Source of the DNA: Phoronis australis
Taxonomy: Eukaryota > Animalia > Phoronida
Length of the DNA: 37,978 nucleotides
Assembly: GCA_002633005.1 (NCBI GenBank)
Contig: NMRA01001225.1
Span: 1-37,978, forward strand
Direction: 5' to 3'
Position 1 is the first letter of the stretch. Each line of letters starts with the position of its first letter. Position numbers and translations under genes: made by a program. Shown in pieces: positions 34,835-37,978 of the stretch. The notes under the pieces were generated by a model, which was not told where the DNA came from, searched no databases, and saw only the letters and a list, made by a program, of their open reading frames with translations.

Positions 34835-36522
34835 ACAGTAAATGTTATATTTGGATTTTTTGACACTATATCACCCTATACAGAATCTCTATCCAAAGTG
34901 TAGATTGACATGTCCCAGCATCTGCTTGCATGAGATGCATTTGAAATTTTGGCATGAATTTGGTATTTAGTTTCCGGTAGTTTAATCCAACTCTTCAAAT
35001 TACTAGCGATTTTTAAAAGCTAATTAACCATTTGTTGGCAAACTCTGACCTACGTTCACGCATACAGCACCCTTGAGAGCAATGTTTAGCTAAAACGCCT
35101 TGTGTCCAAAAGGGTAGCATGTGATTTGAGGTGGGCAATCTTGCACATAGATCAATTAAGTCCTTCAAAGCGTTAGTGACGCGTGGCCCATCTACATGGT
35201 TTCCTATCATTTTCCGAAGGATCACTCAAAAGAGTTTTTCCTCAGATTTACCAAGAAATTGCTGTGGAATTTGCTGTATGGGGCGGTCAACCGATTTCCA
35301 ATTTCTTTGTTTTAATCAGTCATGGTTGGCACGAAGAAAAGTCGCATGTCCGGAATTTTCATTTATAAGTTCTTTACGAGTTAGTTATCGATGGTTAAAG
35401 TTAAGAGAGTTGCCACCGGTTCTGTTTGTGGAGAAATAAAGTTGTCAAAAAGCAAAAAAAAACAAAGTGAATTTTTTGTAACTGTTAATTACTTCTCTTG
35501 ATATAGCTTGAAAATTTACTTTTCATATAAAACGAAACGAGAGGCTCTGAAGCACTCTTTTTGATGTTACAGAGGATGTACAGTTTTGATTATCACTTAA
35601 AAACACTGTTAAAAAGGTTACAGCAACGTGTGAGGAAATTCTCTTTGATAGAAACTATTAATGAAACAGTACAACTAAAACATAAAACCGATCTTCAGGC
35701 CTATTTAAAGCAGAGAATGGTCACTTCTCCAGGATACGGTAAAGTCGCTTGATTTTCGGACGGCCCGCCATTTTCGACCAAGAATAAATATTTCCGAAAT
35801 GAGTTTTTCATAGTTCACAAAATTCGTACAAGGTCAAGAATCTACTTTTAGTAAAGGAATTAACATCGAACGGGATGGTCCGGATACCTTCATGACTCGC
35901 GAATTAAGCTATGAAATGAAAAAAATATTCTCATTTGACAGCAAAGCGTACATCGTACTGTGTATGTGACGGGATTGCTAGAGTACGACCGGGATTACGT
36001 TTTTATGATGTCAGTAATGGGGTTTCCCGAACTGCCCGGCAAGAAACGCGTCCACTGAATGGCAATCTGGCGAGGCGGGTGCCACAATTTGATGACAATT
36101 GCCTTCTCAGCTCCGCAAGTTTTGTGGTTTCCTGAAAATACAATAGAACGCTAAATTCAAAAGTGCATCGTTTTTGCTGTCATGAAAACGCCGCTTTTGA
36201 CGCTCTTTATGATGTTTGAATGAATCACACATTATGCTTTTGCGGAAACGAGGTTTTATAACGACCGATGCCCAGCGGCATTCACTCTTTCTCTTTTGTC
36301 GTCCCCGCCGATTTTCTGTGTCCAGTGCTTTCGAATTATGCATTAACTTACTGCAACCATTCTTTAAACTGTAGTCTGCTTTATAAGGCCTGACAGCTCC
36401 CCTTCTGTCAAAAACAACCCAGTTTTTTCATTTATTGACCTTGTCGTGCTCCATCTACTCGGATTACAGAAAAATTATTTCATCAGTGTTTCAATTACTG
36501 CTGTCCACTTGTTTGGCATACC

Positions 36523-36776
36523 CATGCGCCCACCCAGGATGGGCTCGTTCGAGCCCCCCATTTGGCGAAGTGAGCAAAAAGCTCCGCCTGTGAGAAATAA
36601 AAAGTCCGAGAAAATGAGACAAAAGTCCACTGAACAAGCACAAACGCGCAATTCACAGTGGTGCGCCCGTTTTTTTATTTTTTTTTAGTCCGCCTACTAT
36701 TTTGTTACCAAAAGGTCCGCAACGTTAGGAATTCGAGCCCCCCATGTTGCACTGTTGCAGGCTGGATGCGCGCATG
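36523..36776. mobile_element. MITE of the same family as 9025-9299
   Basis: TIRs CATGCGCCCACCCAG/CTGGATGCGCGCATG; 5-bp duplication ATACC; shared internal motifs. Confidence 0.7.
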
Positions 36777-36779
36777 ATA

Positions 36780-37150
36780 CCCACAGGATGCACGAAGGCC
36801 CGATCTTCTGCAACATGACAAAACGCCTCGTAGACTGTGCAATGGTCCGAAAAGCACATCTCAATACCTTTAACACAATTACGCAAGAACGCGGAGATGA
36901 CCACGAAGTGCTTGCTGAAATAACGCCAATCGAGATCAGACACCTTCTAAGTGTAAGAAAAACAGCAGCCCAGGAAGCGATTCCATCTCCTACGACGTTC
37001 TGACAAAATGTCCGCTACCTCTGCATGAGAGGCTAGCCGAGATATAATACAGATGCCTTTCTATCGGCCACTTTCCCAGAAAGTGGAAAAGCGCAGTGGG
37101 TGTCGTGATATCCAAACTAGACAAAGACCACACTAACCCGGTCAACTACA
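36780..37150 (+). mobile_element. LINE ORF2 fragment (region upstream of the RT core, I/Jockey-like)
   Basis: EITPIEIRHLL, PGSDSISYDVLTKCP, LAEIYNRCLSIGHFPRKWKSAVGVVISKLDKDHTNPVNY. Confidence 0.75.
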
Positions 37151-37978
37151 TCGCACTGGATCTTTTGATGCCGCAGGCATTCAGGGGCGATAGTACATCC
37201 TCACAAAAAGTTACTCATTTCAAAATACAGCAAATAAAATCAAATGAACCGTACATATAGGAACACGGAGTTATAATTAACACATACCACGACTTTGGAT
37301 ACAATTTAGTCAGCAAAACTTGAACAAATCGATGAAAATCTGTCGCGGTTTGCTCGAGTTTCTCTCAGTTACCGGGTGTCATTTNTGAGGAAGTTACGTG
37401 AAATTACGCTTGTTGACGAATAAAAAGTCCAAGGGACACACATCTTACAAGTTTCACCCGATACCTTCTCATGCTATTTTACAAGTGTCGCGCGCTAGCG
37501 TCACGCGCTTCGCTCAGTCTCGCGCTAACCTTTGCCTAACTCACGTCATTCAGTCGACATGCTTTGTTTGTTATCGCGCACGCGGTGATAAAATTAACGG
37601 CAACCAAAAAAGTGAAGTTGTAATTCTTCACCAAAGTCAACTTAATTCTCACAACTAAGCTTCATCAAAGATATGTGTAGAAGTAGAAAGGACCAATGAT
37701 GAAAGTAAGTGTTTTTTTAAAGTTTTAATTGTAGACTGTATTTTGACGAGGTGACAACTCGAAATCGGTATCCCAAACCGTTCACGGCCAGTTTAAAATA
37801 CACTGAAGTAACGAAATGAATAAAGAAAGCGAATGGAAGTATTGCAGCCCCTATATGGCCAGCCGAGGGTCTACGTGTTGCCTACTAGATGGCCCCGCGT
37901 TGGTTTGAATGCGTTAAATCTCCCCTTACTCCCAGCTCTCCTAATGTTGTTTATCCATTTTTCACGAAGTTCTTGGTT

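Overview
Eukaryotic, AT-rich genomic DNA with spliced genes and many transposable elements (TEs); it looks like a marine invertebrate (inference only). Assembly gaps lie at 2513, 9685-10538, 16976-16984 and 37385. The right half holds one complete 14-exon + strand gene (CDS 20369-33075, 477 aa by my exon sum) of the Slob/PXK pseudokinase family. Its architecture is an N-terminal transmembrane anchor with a CCC cluster, then pseudokinase, polyproline and WH2, with no PX domain and two GC-AG introns. The left half is a nested TE stack. A decayed minus-strand APE-type LINE carries a 2A (DIEVNPGP) ribosome-skipping motif and is interrupted by a MITE and by two oppositely oriented copies of a CACTA/EnSpm-like element, which itself carries a Merlin-like insertion. 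Next comes a ~4.9-kb diverged palindrome (11398-16313). The introns contain a Penelope GIY-YIG relic, a 20-bp minisatellite and a Helentron/HINE-like element whose internal repeats form an array of CTCF-like motifs. I found no prokaryote-type system. All calls are by eye, without database searches.
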